Assembly: GCA_030704615.1 (NCBI GenBank)
Contig: CM060731.1
Coordinates: 40,672,001-40,736,000, forward strand
Direction: 5' to 3'
Length of the DNA stretch: 64,000 nt
From: Takakia lepidozioides
Lineage: Eukaryota; Plantae; Bryophyta
The position numbers were made by a program, and so were the translations under genes. Shown here piece after piece: positions 1 through 12,590 of this stretch (position 1 is its first letter; each line of letters opens with the position of its first letter). The notes under the pieces were generated by a model that was given only the letters and a program-made list of their open reading frames with translations, ran no database searches and was not told where the DNA came from.

Positions 1-1360
1 TGGAACATAGAGCAGCTCCTATGGTGGTCACTGCAAGTGATCAATTTGACCGAGCTACAGCCATAGAGTTGTAACTCGCAATGGGAGGGGCTGAGGGGGG
101 AAAACATGACCCTTCAAAGGAACATGGCATGAAACAAGTCACTGTTTTGAACCAATTGCCATATTGGAAAGACTTACTCATCCGATACACACTGGATGTG
201 ATACATTGTGAAAAAATTTTGTGTGAGAATGTGCTGAGAACCATTCTTGGGGAGAAGGACACAGCCACATCTAGGAAGGATATGGAACTAAATGTCATTC
301 GTGAACACTGGTGTTGAGACCCCATCCCTCTCAACCGAACAAGTTGGTGAAGCCTTTGGCCCCATATGTTCTTACTGAAGATGAGAAGGTGTTGTTTTTG
401 GAAACGTTGGCTGCAGTAAAGGCCCCCACAGGTTATGCTGCCACATTCCAGAAACATGTGGCTGACAATAAACTGTCTACGATGAAAACCCATGACTACC
501 ATGTAATGATGCAACAGATTTTACCTCTTTGCATTCGAGGGGTATTGGGAAAGGGTCCACGGATGGCAATGTGTGTTTCGTTTCTGCCAATGGTATAAGC
601 TATAATCCTAATTTGCAATTCTCATTTGGACAGGGCCTATGAAGAGGAGATGGCACTCATAGAAGCATCCCGCACTGAGGTTAGAACAACATTCCTTTGC
701 GAACAAGACCAGGACCACCACAATAGAGAAATTCCATACCCAACAGATATGCGCTTACTGGCTCCATTCCATGAATGGATTGAAGGTGTTGTCCAACGCA
801 AGGTGAGTTCAGGTGAGTCCTATGATTTGGACATATGCCATTTATGTATACCACCAGCAGTACAGTCCTTGGGCTTCAAGTCCATGTATGCTTACGGCAA
901 TCACTTTCGAGCAATACGTGATGGGACTGGCGCCACAGACACGGTGACATTTGATTCTGGAGTTGGTCAAGTATTCCATCAGGAAAGCGAAAATAGTGCA
1001 GGTATGTCAAGACGAGTGTTATCCCAATTGGAATATGTGGGTGTTGTAAGAGAAATAATTCAACTGGATTACGGAATTCTTCGCCCAATTCTGTTCTTGT
1101 GTAGATGGGTGAGGGTCACACATGGTGGGCCCGGAATGCCACCATGAAATGAGATGATTTCTCTTCTCTTTGACTTCAGTCGCATGTTACCTCGGATGGA
1201 GCAGCCCTGGACATTCCCTAGTCAGGTGGAGCAAGTTTTTTCTCGGAGGAAAAAAGTTCACGAGGGAACTGGAAGGTGGTCCTTCACAAGGACCGTCGAT
1301 CCCGACGGGTGGTTCACGATATTACAGGAGTGGCACTGGGTGAGGGAGACACTTATGTAG
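1..1360 (+). mobile_element. CACTA/En-Spm TnpD-type transposase remnant (DUF4218/DUF4216-like), frameshifted, truncated by window start
   Basis: Consecutive ORFs give LPYWKDLLIRYTLDVIHCEK..ENVL, APYVLTEDEK..VKAPTGY..KLSTMKTHDYHVMMQQILP, and YVGVVREIIQLDYG..ILFLCRW..PWTFPSQVEQVF. These are typical TnpD motifs. Stops and frameshifts are present. Confidence 0.85.
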
Positions 1361-1689
1361 GCATGGTGCCTCCTGAAATTCCTCATAACATCATGACTGA
1401 GCCTGCTGTTTGTGTTCCTTTGAGTGAGGCAGATGAATTGGCCATTGCCAACTTGAATGCACCTGCAAGGCAGAGGCAAAATGGTGGAAGGCACAGGCAA
1501 GCTCCACATGGGAGGTACCAGGCCAGTTGTGCTATGGTCTAGAGTTGGTTTCTGCTATTGCATGTATTTTTCCAGGGTTTACACTTGATACAACATGGTA
1601 CCTTGCATGGGTGGGAGTGACTGAGCTATTGGGGTGGGCAAAATTCTGACAAACACACTTTCATTGTGACAGTGAACTCCTAACAGTCA

Positions 1690-2330
1690 TGAAGCTGTAG
1701 CATGAATACTTTTCTGACCCTAGTCAATGGTGGCCCAATTGTGGCAAAAAGGTGAATGCCTGTTGGATTACAGAGAGTAGCAGATGCAATTGAGCATAGG
1801 AACTAGTGCGAGAAGTTGAGTTGGGTGTTTCCTAGAACAAATGTAGGCTGTTATTGTCAGCTACTATCAGCAAGGCAAGGATGTATGCATGATTTGTGCA
1901 GAGGCATGGATAGCTGAAGGAGCAGGGATAGAGTGTGGGTCCAGATTCATCCAAGAGGGCCACATTTCAAGCACAACATTGCCTATGATTCCTTGTGGAA
2001 GGATAGCTACAAGAAACCTGCATGGGTAGATGGTCAACTGGAAGCCGCAGCAGTAGCGGCACAATTGGTAAAATCGGGCGATGAGGGCACCTTCTTCAAC
2101 ACATTTCACCCTGTTTTTCCCTCTTATCAGAATTGGCCCTAAATTTCCATGTGAATTCTGCAAGTTAGTTGGTTGAGTGAATCTTTGATAGATTGGAGTG
2201 ACTTTGACATGATACTGCCAATGTGACAACAAGAAAGTATCCAAAAACATGTACAAGAGATGAGGAGAAGGTGTGGAATGAATACTTTTCTGATCCCAGT
2301 CAATGGTGGGACAACCGAGGCAAAAAGGGA
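1690..2330 (+). pseudogene. Two OSB-type PDF (WWDNR/PDFKH) motif exons, degenerate
   Basis: HEYFSDPSQWWPNCGKK, then intron 1752-1944 (GTGAATGCC...GTCCAG), then IHPRGPHFKHNIAYDSLWKDSYKKPAWVDGQL. A second half-motif EEKVWNEYFSDPSQWWDNRGKK lies at ~2260-2328. Confidence 0.7.
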
Positions 2331-2339
2331 ATGCCTGTC

Positions 2340-4380
2340 AGATTACCAGATGTCATTCTGAACACTGCCCTGGTGGATATATGCCAAATGTGGGTGCATC
2401 GAGGATGCCAAGGGAGTGTTCAACACTATGGCTAAACAAGATATGGTGTCGTGGAGTGCGATGCTTGCAGGGTATGCACAACAGGGGCGTGGGATGGAGG
2501 CTTTGGAGACCTATGAGCAAATGATGGGGGAAGGGTGAAGCCCGCACATAACGTTTGTGTGTGTTTGCAGTGCGTGTGGGAGCCTGGCAGCCCTGGAAAA
2601 GGGCAAAGAGATCCATCGTGACATCATCAAATTTGCAATTGTACCAGATGTCATCCTGAACATGACTGCTCTGGTGGACACATATGTGCCAAATGTGGGA
2701 GCATTGAGGATGCGAACGGAGTGATGGTGAACAAGATGTGCCAAGTCTGGCAGCCCTGCAAAAGGGCAAGAGGTGCATGGTTGCATCACCAAAGCTGGAA
2801 TTGTGATGGATTCTGAACAATGCCCTCGTGGACATGTATGCCAAATATATGTGAGAGCATTGAGGATGCGGGAGTGTTCAACACTATGGCTGAACAAGAT
2901 GTGGTGTCGTGGAGCGCGATGCTGCACAGTAGTGGTGCGGGATGGAGCCTTTGGAGACGTATCATGACCAAATGATGGGGGAAGGATGAAGCCCGACCAC
3001 AACACATTTGTGTGCGTTTGCAATGCGTGTGCAAGCCTGGCAGCTCTGGAAAAGGGAAGAGGTCCATGGTTTCATTGTCAAAGCTGGAATTGTACCTGAT
3101 GTGATTCTGGACAATGCCCTCGTGGACATGTATGCCAAATGTGGGAGCATCAAGGGCAAGCCTGGCAGCTCTGGAAAAGGGAAGATCAGGTCCATGGTTT
3201 TATTGTCAAAGCTGGAATTGTACCTGATGTGATTCTGGACAATGCCTCGTGGACATGTATGCCAAATGTGGGAGCATCAAGGGCAAGCCTGGCAGCTCAA
3301 GAAAAGGGAAGATCACGTCCATGGTTTCATTGTCAAAGCTGGAATTGTACCTGATGTGATTCTGGACAATGCCCTCGTGGACATGTATGCCAAATGTGGG
3401 AGCATCAAGGGCAAGCCTGACAGCTCTGGGAAAGGGAAGATCAGGTCCATGGTTTCATTGTCAAAGCTGGAATTGTACCTGATGTGATTCTGAACAATGC
3501 CAGGTCCATGGTCTCATTGTCAAAGCTGGAATTGTACCTGATGTGATTTTGGATAATGCCCTCGTGGACATGTATGCCAAATGTGGGAGCATCAAGGGCA
3601 AGCCTGGCAGCTCTGGAAAAGGGAAGATCAGGTCCATGGTTTCATTGTCAAAGCTGGAATTGTACCTGATGTGATTCTGGACAATGCCCTAGTGGACATG
3701 TATGCCAAATGTGGGAGCATCAAGGGCAAGCCTGGCAGCTCTGGAAAGGGAAGAGGTCCATGGTTTATTGTCAAAGCTGGAATTGACCTGATGTGATTCT
3801 GAACAATGCCCTGGACATGTATGCCAAATGTGGGAGCATCAAGGGCAAGCCTGGCAGCTCTGGAAAAAGGGAAGATCAGGTCCATGGTTTCATTGTCAAA
3901 GCTGGAATTGTACCTGATGTGATTCTGGATAATGCCCTCGTGGACATGTATGCCAATGTGGGAGCATCAAGGGCAACCTGGCAGCTCTGGGAAGATCAGG
4001 TCCATGGTTCATTGTCAAAGCTGGAATTGTACCTGATGTGATTCTGGACAATGCCCTAGTGGACATGTATGCCAAATTTGGGAGCATCAAGGGCAAGCCT
4101 GGCAGCTCTGGAAAAGGGAAGAGGTCCATGGTTTCATTGTCAAAGCTGGAATTGTACCTGATGTGATTCTAAACAATGCCCTCGTGGACATGTATGCCAA
4201 ATGTGGAAGCATCAAGGGCAAGCTTGGCAGCTCTGGAAAAAGGGATGAGGTCCATGGTTTCATTGTTAAAGCTGGAATTGTACCTGATGTGATTCTGAAC
4301 AATGCCCTCGTGGACATGTATGCCAAATGTGGGAGCATCAAGGATGCGAAGGCAGTTTTCCAACACTATGGCTCTTGGAG
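2340..4380 (+). pseudogene. PLS-class pentatricopeptide repeat pseudogene
   Basis: S, P and L motifs read across frameshifts: PDVILNTALVDxYAKCG, [48 protein letters not shown]. Confidence 0.9.
3030..4341 (+). repeat. Tandem array of ~120-128 bp PPR-derived units (about 10 full plus 1 partial)
   Basis: GCAAGCCTGGCAGCTC...GCCAAATGTGGGAGCATCAAG recurs at ~3030, 3154, 3281, 3409, 3596, 3724, 3843, 3971, 4091 and 4216. A partial unit starts at ~3502. Confidence 0.95.
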
Positions 4381-7300
4381 TGATTTTGACATGAACCAGC
4401 GAAGGGGAGAAAGTGGGGCCTCAACAGACGAGTTGAAAAGCACTAGTTAAAAAGCACTGGCGCTTGATAGGGTGGGGCAAAATTTAGGCTGGGCTGATCA
4501 TTGATATCCCGGACGTAGTGTAAAAAAGACGGTTGTGAGTGAAGTACACCTGTAAAAAAAAAAACCCTGCTGTCCAAAAAGGGAGAGTCACAAAGAGCAA
4601 GGCACTTTGTCCAAGCTTCTCGACATCTAGCAACAATGTGGACAGGGAGGGAGTCATTGGGAACAATTTTGTAAGGTGGCGAAGAAAACCTTGTCTGAGG
4701 ATCACTGATATTTCTCTAGTACGGTTGGACTAGTAGAGATTGAAATCCGTGCTCAGCTCAGCTTCAGATTGGCTTATTGTGAGGGTATGGTTGACTGGAC
4801 AGAAATGGGATTGACATTGCCGGGCTCACAAATTTTGAGACGACATGTGGTAGTTTTATCTATAGCTTCTCAAAGCAATTGTTGTACATTGTTGATTATA
4901 GTGTGACATTCTCATAACGATATTGTCGTCAGCTGCATGAGCAATGCATCTTTTTGGATTGCTGGTTCCCGGAGGAATTATATGTGACAGGACAGAGGGC
5001 AAGTTATAGCCAATAGTTGTAGGTAGTGTTCAATATTGAAGAGAATTCTATGCCCTTTCGGTTCTGCCGATCTCCTTCTCATTTTACTTGAGGTTGTCTA
5101 TTTTGAGAGCTTTGATGTTTGGATGAAAATGCATTTTGGCATCAACTTAAAGGGATGGCCTGCACTGGTGGGCATTCAGATTCTAAACGAGCTGGCAAAG
5201 AAAAACTACAAGTCCCACAGCCCTCTACATGCAGACCCCATAACCCTAATAACCTTTTTGAACTTTTTAAATTCTCTAAACAAAAGTCTATACGTGGTAC
5301 CCTAGATGGATTGCCACGTGGTTTTTTCATTATTATAAAATGCATTATGCCACGTGGCACAATGCGGTGCGACGCGGCGTTTAACATATAGTTTTTTAAT
5401 TTTTTTTAATTTAATTTAAATTTTTAAATCAATTGCGTCTCGCCACGTGGCGCGGCAGCAGCGGCTGCACTATGGTATATATGACTGCAGTGAGAGATAT
5501 CACTTGGTTCATATGACTGTAGTCATCCGGACCGTACCATCCTGTACTCATTGTATTGACTTGGTTTGCACGACTTACAGTCATAGAAGTCATATGTACC
5601 GTTTATGACTGCAGAATATTCATATATACAGTCATAAATACCACGATATGTTGTAGTGATATTAGGCATGAGTTTAATAAGAGGGCAAAACAGGCTGAAA
5701 ATAGGTTGAAGAAGAAGGTGCCCTCACGGCCTGCTAAGACCAAGTTGACTTTCTCTCTTGCACCAATGAGCTAACTTACAGAATTCAATATGCATATCAG
5801 GCCCGAGTCTGATAAGAGGGCAAAACAGGCTGAAATAGGTTGAATCAGGAAATGAATCAGCGGGCTGCTAAGACGAAGCTGATTCTCCCAAGATATTTGT
5901 AAACATCAGGAAGAATACCGTACTAACAGGAGCCAAAAGCCCACATTTGCAGGATGGACAAAACTTCTTCACATCCTACATTAAGGAAAAGCCACACTGT
6001 AGGTGAAAAAAGAAGGGGCATGAAACCCTTCTGGTAAACTATATTTAACTGTTTCTTGAGCAATGATCCATGGCCCTGCCCTATGACATCAACCTACTTG
6101 TTCTTTCTAAAATGACTCAGACCCTACTTAATTCATTCTAAATCTATTTATGACCAGAGACTTTATACCCTTATCCACGCCGCAGCGGAAGAGAAGACAT
6201 GGACAGGGCTGAGGTTATCTAAATTGTTATTGGGTCTCTTTAGTGAACAGATCATCATATATGCCAGAGTTCTTCTTCCCTAAATATGTCATCATTGAAA
6301 AATCACAGGGTGTACATTCTGATCCTTATACAGCTTCAGATCCTATCCACAGTGTAAACATATCAGAGATACCCCACTGGCCCATACTTGGACTAGGTAA
6401 GTGATGCAGAAATATGTGTGCCACTTACTCTAATGTAAACTAGAATGCAAAGGCCCAAGTTTCTACATATGAGCTCTCCTTCTCCTTCTTTATTAATACT
6501 ACAGCTATCTAAGAAACAGATCCCCTTTGGCATGATATTGCTACCCCTTCATATCCTGCCCATGGATTGTACACTGATGCATGGTATTTTGACATCATTC
6601 ACATCTACTTAAATGAAAATGCAAAACCCTAGCTTCTCTATTTCATTTTTTTCTCTTTATTTCCCTTAGCATGAAGAGGGCATGATATCACAAAGCCCCC
6701 ACTTTTAACTCCTCCTTAAAACTGCATTTTAACTATTTGAAAGACCTTTATGCCCCACTGATTGTAGATCTCACTCTATGAAGACAGGGATTCAAGACCT
6801 AGAATCGGGGCATGAAGGCGTGCACGATGATGGGACAACCGCGATCGCAAGGTGTGGCTTTTCTCAATGTACAATGACAAGCGGAGCTGGTGGGATAGGG
6901 GGCAGACACGGACTCAAGCCCTAGAATCGGGGCATGAAGGCATGCACGATGGTGGGACAACCGCAATCGCGGGGTTTGATACTCATGGGAGAAGGAACAG
7001 CATTCTGAATTACAGTAGGAGGTCATGAAAGTGCTTGAGTGCTATGGAATGGGTGTCTCTGCTGGTGAAGTGTTGCTGGTGTACTGCCTTTAGATGTTGC
7101 TCATGCCGGCGGTACAATCAGTAAAGTAGGGGATGTCTTGTGTGAAGAGATGGTGAAAGGATTGTTGAACATCTGCTGAACTTAGTTGGAAGGAGGACAC
7201 AAATGAAGGATAGTGGGGAAGAATGCCAATGACATATGAAGAGGGCAATGTACCTACTATGGGGGTAGGCTATAGCTCCTCCAGGGCATGTTGAATAGAG

Positions 7301-7610
7301 GTGGAAGTCATTTCATCCATCCATCTTCCACCTGGATGGTCAATGTGCCACGCCATATAGTTGCCCCAAATTCTTGTAGGACATCTCACACTCCATGACT
7401 CATTTCACACTCATGTCAAATGCCCCATATGAATTATCTTGGTCAACATCCGTTGACCGTATGGGTGTCATTTGAGTGTGAAATTTGTAACACCATGTGG
7501 CTTTTCCTACAATGGTCCAGATCACACCTTGCCTCCTCTCACATGGGTGTAAGAGGAGCCGTTCAAAGTGCCAGGTGTGAACTATGGGTGGTGTTGGAAA
7601 AATCGGTTTC

Positions 7611-8939
7611 TCTAGTGGTGTACGTGCCGAAGGGAGGGATCAGAGATAGTCTCTTGAGAGAATGCCACGATGGCCCACTTGCGGGCCACGGCGGAGCCAA
7701 GCGCACCGCGACACTCTTGAAGAAAGAGTATTTCTGGCCCAAACTGAGGGAGGAGGCCGAGGAGTATGTCAAGACATGCACCACATGCCAACAAAATCGG
7801 AGCGAGTACAAAAAGCAAGTAGGATTGTTACAACCTTTGTCGATTCCAGAGGGGTCTTGGGAAAGTGTCTCGATGGATTTCATGACTACTATGCCGCTGT
7901 CAAAAGGATTCGATGCAATCATGGTGGTAGTGGATAGGTTCAGTAAAATAGGCCATTTCATCCCCACCAAGGAGACGACAACGGCGCAGGAGACGGGATG
8001 ACTTTATTTCGCCCACGTCTTCAAGCATCATGGATTCCCAAAGGATATTGTCTCGGACCGCGATCCAAAGTTTACAAGTAAATTTTGGAGGGCACTTTGG
8101 AAGAAAATGGGGACAAGGCTCAAGATGAGCACCGCCTTCCGACCTACGACGGACGACCAAACGAAAAGGGTGAATTCCGTGGTGAAGCAGATCCTGCGGA
8201 ATTAGGTGTTGGCAGACCAATCGGACTGGGTGGAGCACTTGGATGCGACAGAGTTTTGTTATAATAACACAAAACACTCTGCAACGGGAGTTTCCCCTTT
8301 CGTATTGGTCTATGGAAAAGCACCTCTGGTGCCGACAAGTTGGGCCACCCAAGACGTTGATGAACCAGCAGCAGCAGCGGTGCTGGAAGAACGCGAGCGT
8401 TTGTTGAAGCTCGCAATGTACAACATTGCCAAAGCTAAGAAACGGTATGAACGGCAGGCGAATCGGAAGCGGAGGGAAGTTAAGTTTGAGGCAGGCATGG
8501 AGGTCTGGTTGAACATCAAGAATTTCCGACTACCTCCGGAAGTGAGTCCGAAGTTGTACCTCTGTATGCGGGACCCTTTTGCATCCGGAAGGTTATGAAT
8601 GAGGATGTGTATGAATTGGAGCTGCCGGCAAACAACAAGGTGCATCCGGTATTCCACGTCTCCCTTTTGAAGCCTTACTTCAAAGATGAAGCGCGTCCGA
8701 ATCGGTATCAAGTGTTGCGTCCGCCACCTGTGCTGTTGGATCATGAAAATGAACGTGAGTACGAGGTGGAGGCAGTGCTTAAGTCGAGGAGGTTCAAGAA
8801 TCAAGAAACGGAGTATCTTGTGAAATGGAAGGGCTATCATCATGTGGAGGCATATTGGGTACGTGCCTCAGAAATGAGAAACGCATCCGAGGCGGTTGCA
8901 GCTTTCAAAGGGCGACCTCAAAAGCGGAAGAAGCGTTGA
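7611..8939 (+). mobile_element. Ty3/gypsy chromovirus pol 3' remnant: integrase zinc finger, catalytic core and chromodomain
   Basis: ECHDGPLAGH..YVKTCTTCQ, WESVSMDF, VVVDRFSK, IVSDRDPKF, FCYNNTKHSATGVSPF, VHPVFHVSLLKPY, EYEVEAVL..YLVKWKGY. A purine tract GGGGGAGG follows at ~8963. Several frameshifts and stops. Confidence 0.95.
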
Positions 8940-9842
8940 TGGGGACATCAACCTTGGATCGTGGGGGAGGAAATGCATGCTTAGCCGGCTTAGCTAGCTC
9001 AGGAATCCAATTGCAAAAACTTGTGTTGTACAAATTTTGTTATAAATGAAATGGTTTCCAAATGTTGTGTCTCCTATTTTGTTTGGAATGGTGATGCATG
9101 TTATGGTTGGCTAGTGTGTAGAATACATGCTAGCTTACAAAAGTGGGAGAGGTAAATTGGATTAATCGTGTGTTTGCGCAGTGCCGAAATCGAGTGACTC
9201 CCATCCAAGGGGCAAGGAAACTTGCGCCTTCTTTGGGAGTTCACGTGGTAGTGCGCACCTGGCGCGTGCGCGTACTATAACTGTGCTACCGAGGGGGTTG
9301 TCTTGTAGTGCGGGCTAACGCGGAAGCTACGTGCTTCCGTTCACGTACTATAATCGTGTAGCATCGGGACGAAGTCGTAGTGCGGCTTCGGCGTGTTCCC
9401 GTACCTCAGGCCAACATTCCAAGGCGGACCCAATTGTAGTGATTGGGGCGCACGGTTGGTTCAAGGTTATCTTCCTAGTAAAAAAGGGTTCAAGGTGAAC
9501 CCTTGCTCAAGGTGATGCCAAAAGCGTCATCATGAGCGGTCGCAAGCAATGTTGTTGGAGTAAGGCGATTCGATCCTCGGGGAGGATCGTTCCTTGGCCT
9601 TAAAGTAGGCCAAGAAGATTGCACTGGGTGGAGCTTGAGAAGCTCCACCCTTGGCCGGGACTTGGAGGAAGTCGGCCGAACTAGCTAGTGGAGAGTAGAG
9701 TCAAGTGGGGGTTTGGTTCTTTGCCATGGGACGCCATGGTACGGAAACAAACTCCTTGATGTGGGACGCCACAACTTGGATGTTCGTTTCTACAAAATAG
9801 ACAAGTCGATGAGGACATCGACTCCCTGTTGGTAGGGGTGTG

Positions 9843-10559
9843 TGTCGCGACCCTTTGCCTTGAGGGCAGGGGGTCAGGACGCAGAGGGGCTGCCCCTATG
9901 GTGGGGGCGGTGGCAGCAATAGGTACGGGGGGCTGAAGCACCCTTGAGTGCCCAAGGCACTCACTAGCTAGGTGGAGCCCCGCACACCGGGTTGCGGTGG
10001 GGGTGGCTCTACAAGGGGTGGTGGTAGCTTAGTGGGACTGGGACTTAGTGGGGGTGGCATAGGACTCACCATGGGGCGGAGGCATTGTGGTGGGAGTCGT
10101 GGGGAGTCTTGGGACTCATCACGGTCCAATGGGACCGTGGTGGGTGGGCCAAGACTCACCACGACTCATCACCATGAATCGAGGGTCTTCGTGGTGGTTC
10201 GCCATAAAATGGCATGGTTGTTTGTGAAACCCCCGCGGACAGTCACAGAAGTATATATAGGGAGTAGTAACCCCGAGAACGGTGCAAGCCCGTTGGTGAC
10301 CAAAAACTAGTGAGTAAGCGAGCGAGCCGGAAAGCGACCAAGGAGTGGGGAGCTATTCCGGACTGCCATCTACCAAAGGGAATTTCCACTAGGCCCAAAT
10401 TGGTGGAGGGTCTAAAGGAAGAGTAAAGGGGGACCGTTATGTCCTGGTGAACACCCGAAGCTCTGGGTTGGCCCGGCGGACAGGTTGGGAGTTAGGCGCG
10501 CGCATCGAAGCGAGTAACTATGACTTGAAGGGGAGCTTACCGAAGGGAGGTACGTGACA
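9843..10559 (+). mobile_element. LTR (TG...CA), copy 1, preceded by a PPT-like tract
   Basis: Starts TGTCGCG and ends CGTGACA (terminal inverted repeat). It is a ~720 bp direct repeat of 12591-13313. Upstream GAGGACATCGAC...GGGGTGTG resembles a gypsy 3' internal end. Confidence 0.75.
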
Positions 10560-11094
10560 GATGCGCTCGTAGTGGTGCTGGAAGAAAATCTCGTGCAGAG
10601 CAAAGATGTTGTTGGAAGATGCCAGTGTCGACGTGAGCAATGGGGTCCATGAGCAGGGGTCGTTAACTGCACAAAAAGCGAGATGCAAGGGCAAGGGCAA
10701 GGGCAATCAAAGCCCAGCTGCCCAAGAACGCAGAGGGGGAAGTGCTGACTGATGGGAAGGCCAGACTTTCTTCCAAACATCTCAATGGCTGGAAGTGGAT
10801 AGAAATAGTATGAAATGAATTGGGATGAGTTGAGGGAGGCAACTTTGCCATATATGCAAATCTCACATTGCATGTGGCAGTGTCACCTCATTGATGTGAT
10901 GGAGTGTAAAATGTGCAAGTGATACTTGAGGCTTTTAATCCAATCGTCTTTCGCCATCTCTTCAATATATAAAGCATAAAGTTAGCTATGCCCTAATGTG
11001 TGAGAATACACAAGATCTTTTAGGACTTTCTCTCTTTAGCAAAGAATGAATTATGGGGCCGTTTATTATTCCTAAGTTGTCAGACAACCAGCAT

Positions 11095-11260
11095 GTAGCC
11101 CTGTGGTAATAGGCACATATCACATTTGGATGTGGTTGTGGGTTCAAACCACGATCTGGTTTGTCATGAAGGTGTCCACCTTTCAGCTCGAAGGTAGTAG
11201 CCCTTGTGGTGAAGTGACACCATAAGTTACGCTCCTTTGGGGAGGCGTCATACTTTTTCC
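11095..11260 (+). mobile_element. tRNA-derived SINE-like element
   Basis: A-box-like TAGCCCTGTGG, B-box GGTTCAAACC and a terminal T-tract. The body (GGTGTCCACCTT..AAGTGACACCATAAG) is shared with the inverted copy at 54745-54888. Confidence 0.6.
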
Positions 11261-11272
11261 TAAGTTGTCACT

Positions 11273-12521
11273 CACTACTACGTTTTGGGGAGCTCAGCGA
11301 CACCATGACCAGGAGGTTAGCCCCCTTGCGACTGCAGCATCGCGCAGGCGCCCGGCCCGAGACTTGCAACGTCGGGGCATCGCAACGCCGACGCTCGGAC
11401 GACGTTGTGGCATCTTGCAATGCCATGCCGTCGCCGGAAAGGGGCTTGACCCCATTCCCTGGCCAATGCGTTGGGGGGGTTGCAACGGCCCCGGGATGCT
11501 GCGACCCCGGGGAATCGCAATGAGGCGTCGCAGCGCCGCAGCCAGCGACGGCGGGGAATCGCAATGCCCTACCCAAAAAAAAAAAAAAAAAAAAAAAAAA
11601 CCGTTGTTTTGGCGATTCCCCGCCGTCGCAAAAGTGGCGCTGGGGCTACGGCGCTGCGATTCTCCGACATCCTGGGGGCGTCGCAGAAAATTGATTTTGG
11701 GAGTAGATTGTAGAGCATAATGGGCTTGGCATCCTCAGACTACAACCATTGTCCAACAATAAGTTGCAATGCAGCATTGCAAAACTTAGGCCATTGATAG
11801 ATATTTGTTTTTGAAGAACTCTGGGGACAAGTCTCGGTGCAAGTTCCAGCTGTGAGAGCTCTTGTAGAGCACGTATAATCTGCAAAACAATAATAGAATT
11901 GAGATAGTGGTAGTCACTAGGAGCTAACTCTTGATATGTATATATACTTGGACTACTTTTGTGATACATAGATATATTGTAGATTTGTTGGTTAGTGTGC
12001 AATATCTTAAAAATGTTATAATGTGGAGGTCCTAGGTTCAAGTATGCATTGCCTACTATATATACGAACTGCCATTGGACAAGACCGGAGTCAATGGTCA
12101 ACGCCGAGTCAATGGTCAAGTAGTTTTTTGAAATTCAAATTCAATTTTTCTCACCTAAATTCAAATGTACCTTCCTACTTTGACGTCTGGGGGTGGCATT
12201 TACGACCCCCGGACGTCCCTAATGCGGTGTCGTATGAATTTTTTTTTAAAATTTTTTTTTTAAATTTTTTTTTTAAAATTTTTGATGCCCGGACATCACA
12301 AGTCGCGCCGGCGCCGCGGCTGGGGGTTTTGCGATTCCCCGACGACGCTAATTAGCGACGTTCCGGGAGCGACGTCGTTGCGATTTCTCGACGTCACAAA
12401 ATGCCCCCAGCGCGCCCCGGGCGCCGTAAAGTATTTCCGTCGCAAATCGCGGCAGTTGGAGGTCGCTGGGCATCGCTAAACCCCCCCCCCCCCCCCCCCC
12501 CCCCCCCAAAACGTAGTAGTG
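11273..12521. mobile_element. Non-autonomous CACTA element (1249 bp)
   Basis: Perfect TIRs CACTACTACGTTTTGGGG / CCCCAAAACGTAGTAGTG, 3-bp TSD ACT on both sides, and GC-rich subterminal repeats (GAATCGCA, GTCGCA). Confidence 0.95.
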
Positions 12522-12590
12522 ACTGGAGTGAGTCGTAACTGGACTGACATTTGTCAAAAGCAGCTCTAGAAAATTGACCAACAGTCGGTA

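Noticed and set aside
3030-4341. CRISPR-like array
   Set aside because: Units repeat end to end with no unique spacers, encode PPR sequence, and there are no cas genes.
5690-6975. Short local duplications (5678/5813 and 6792/6914) and ORF-like stretches
   Set aside because: The repeats are real but short, with no assignable element or product.
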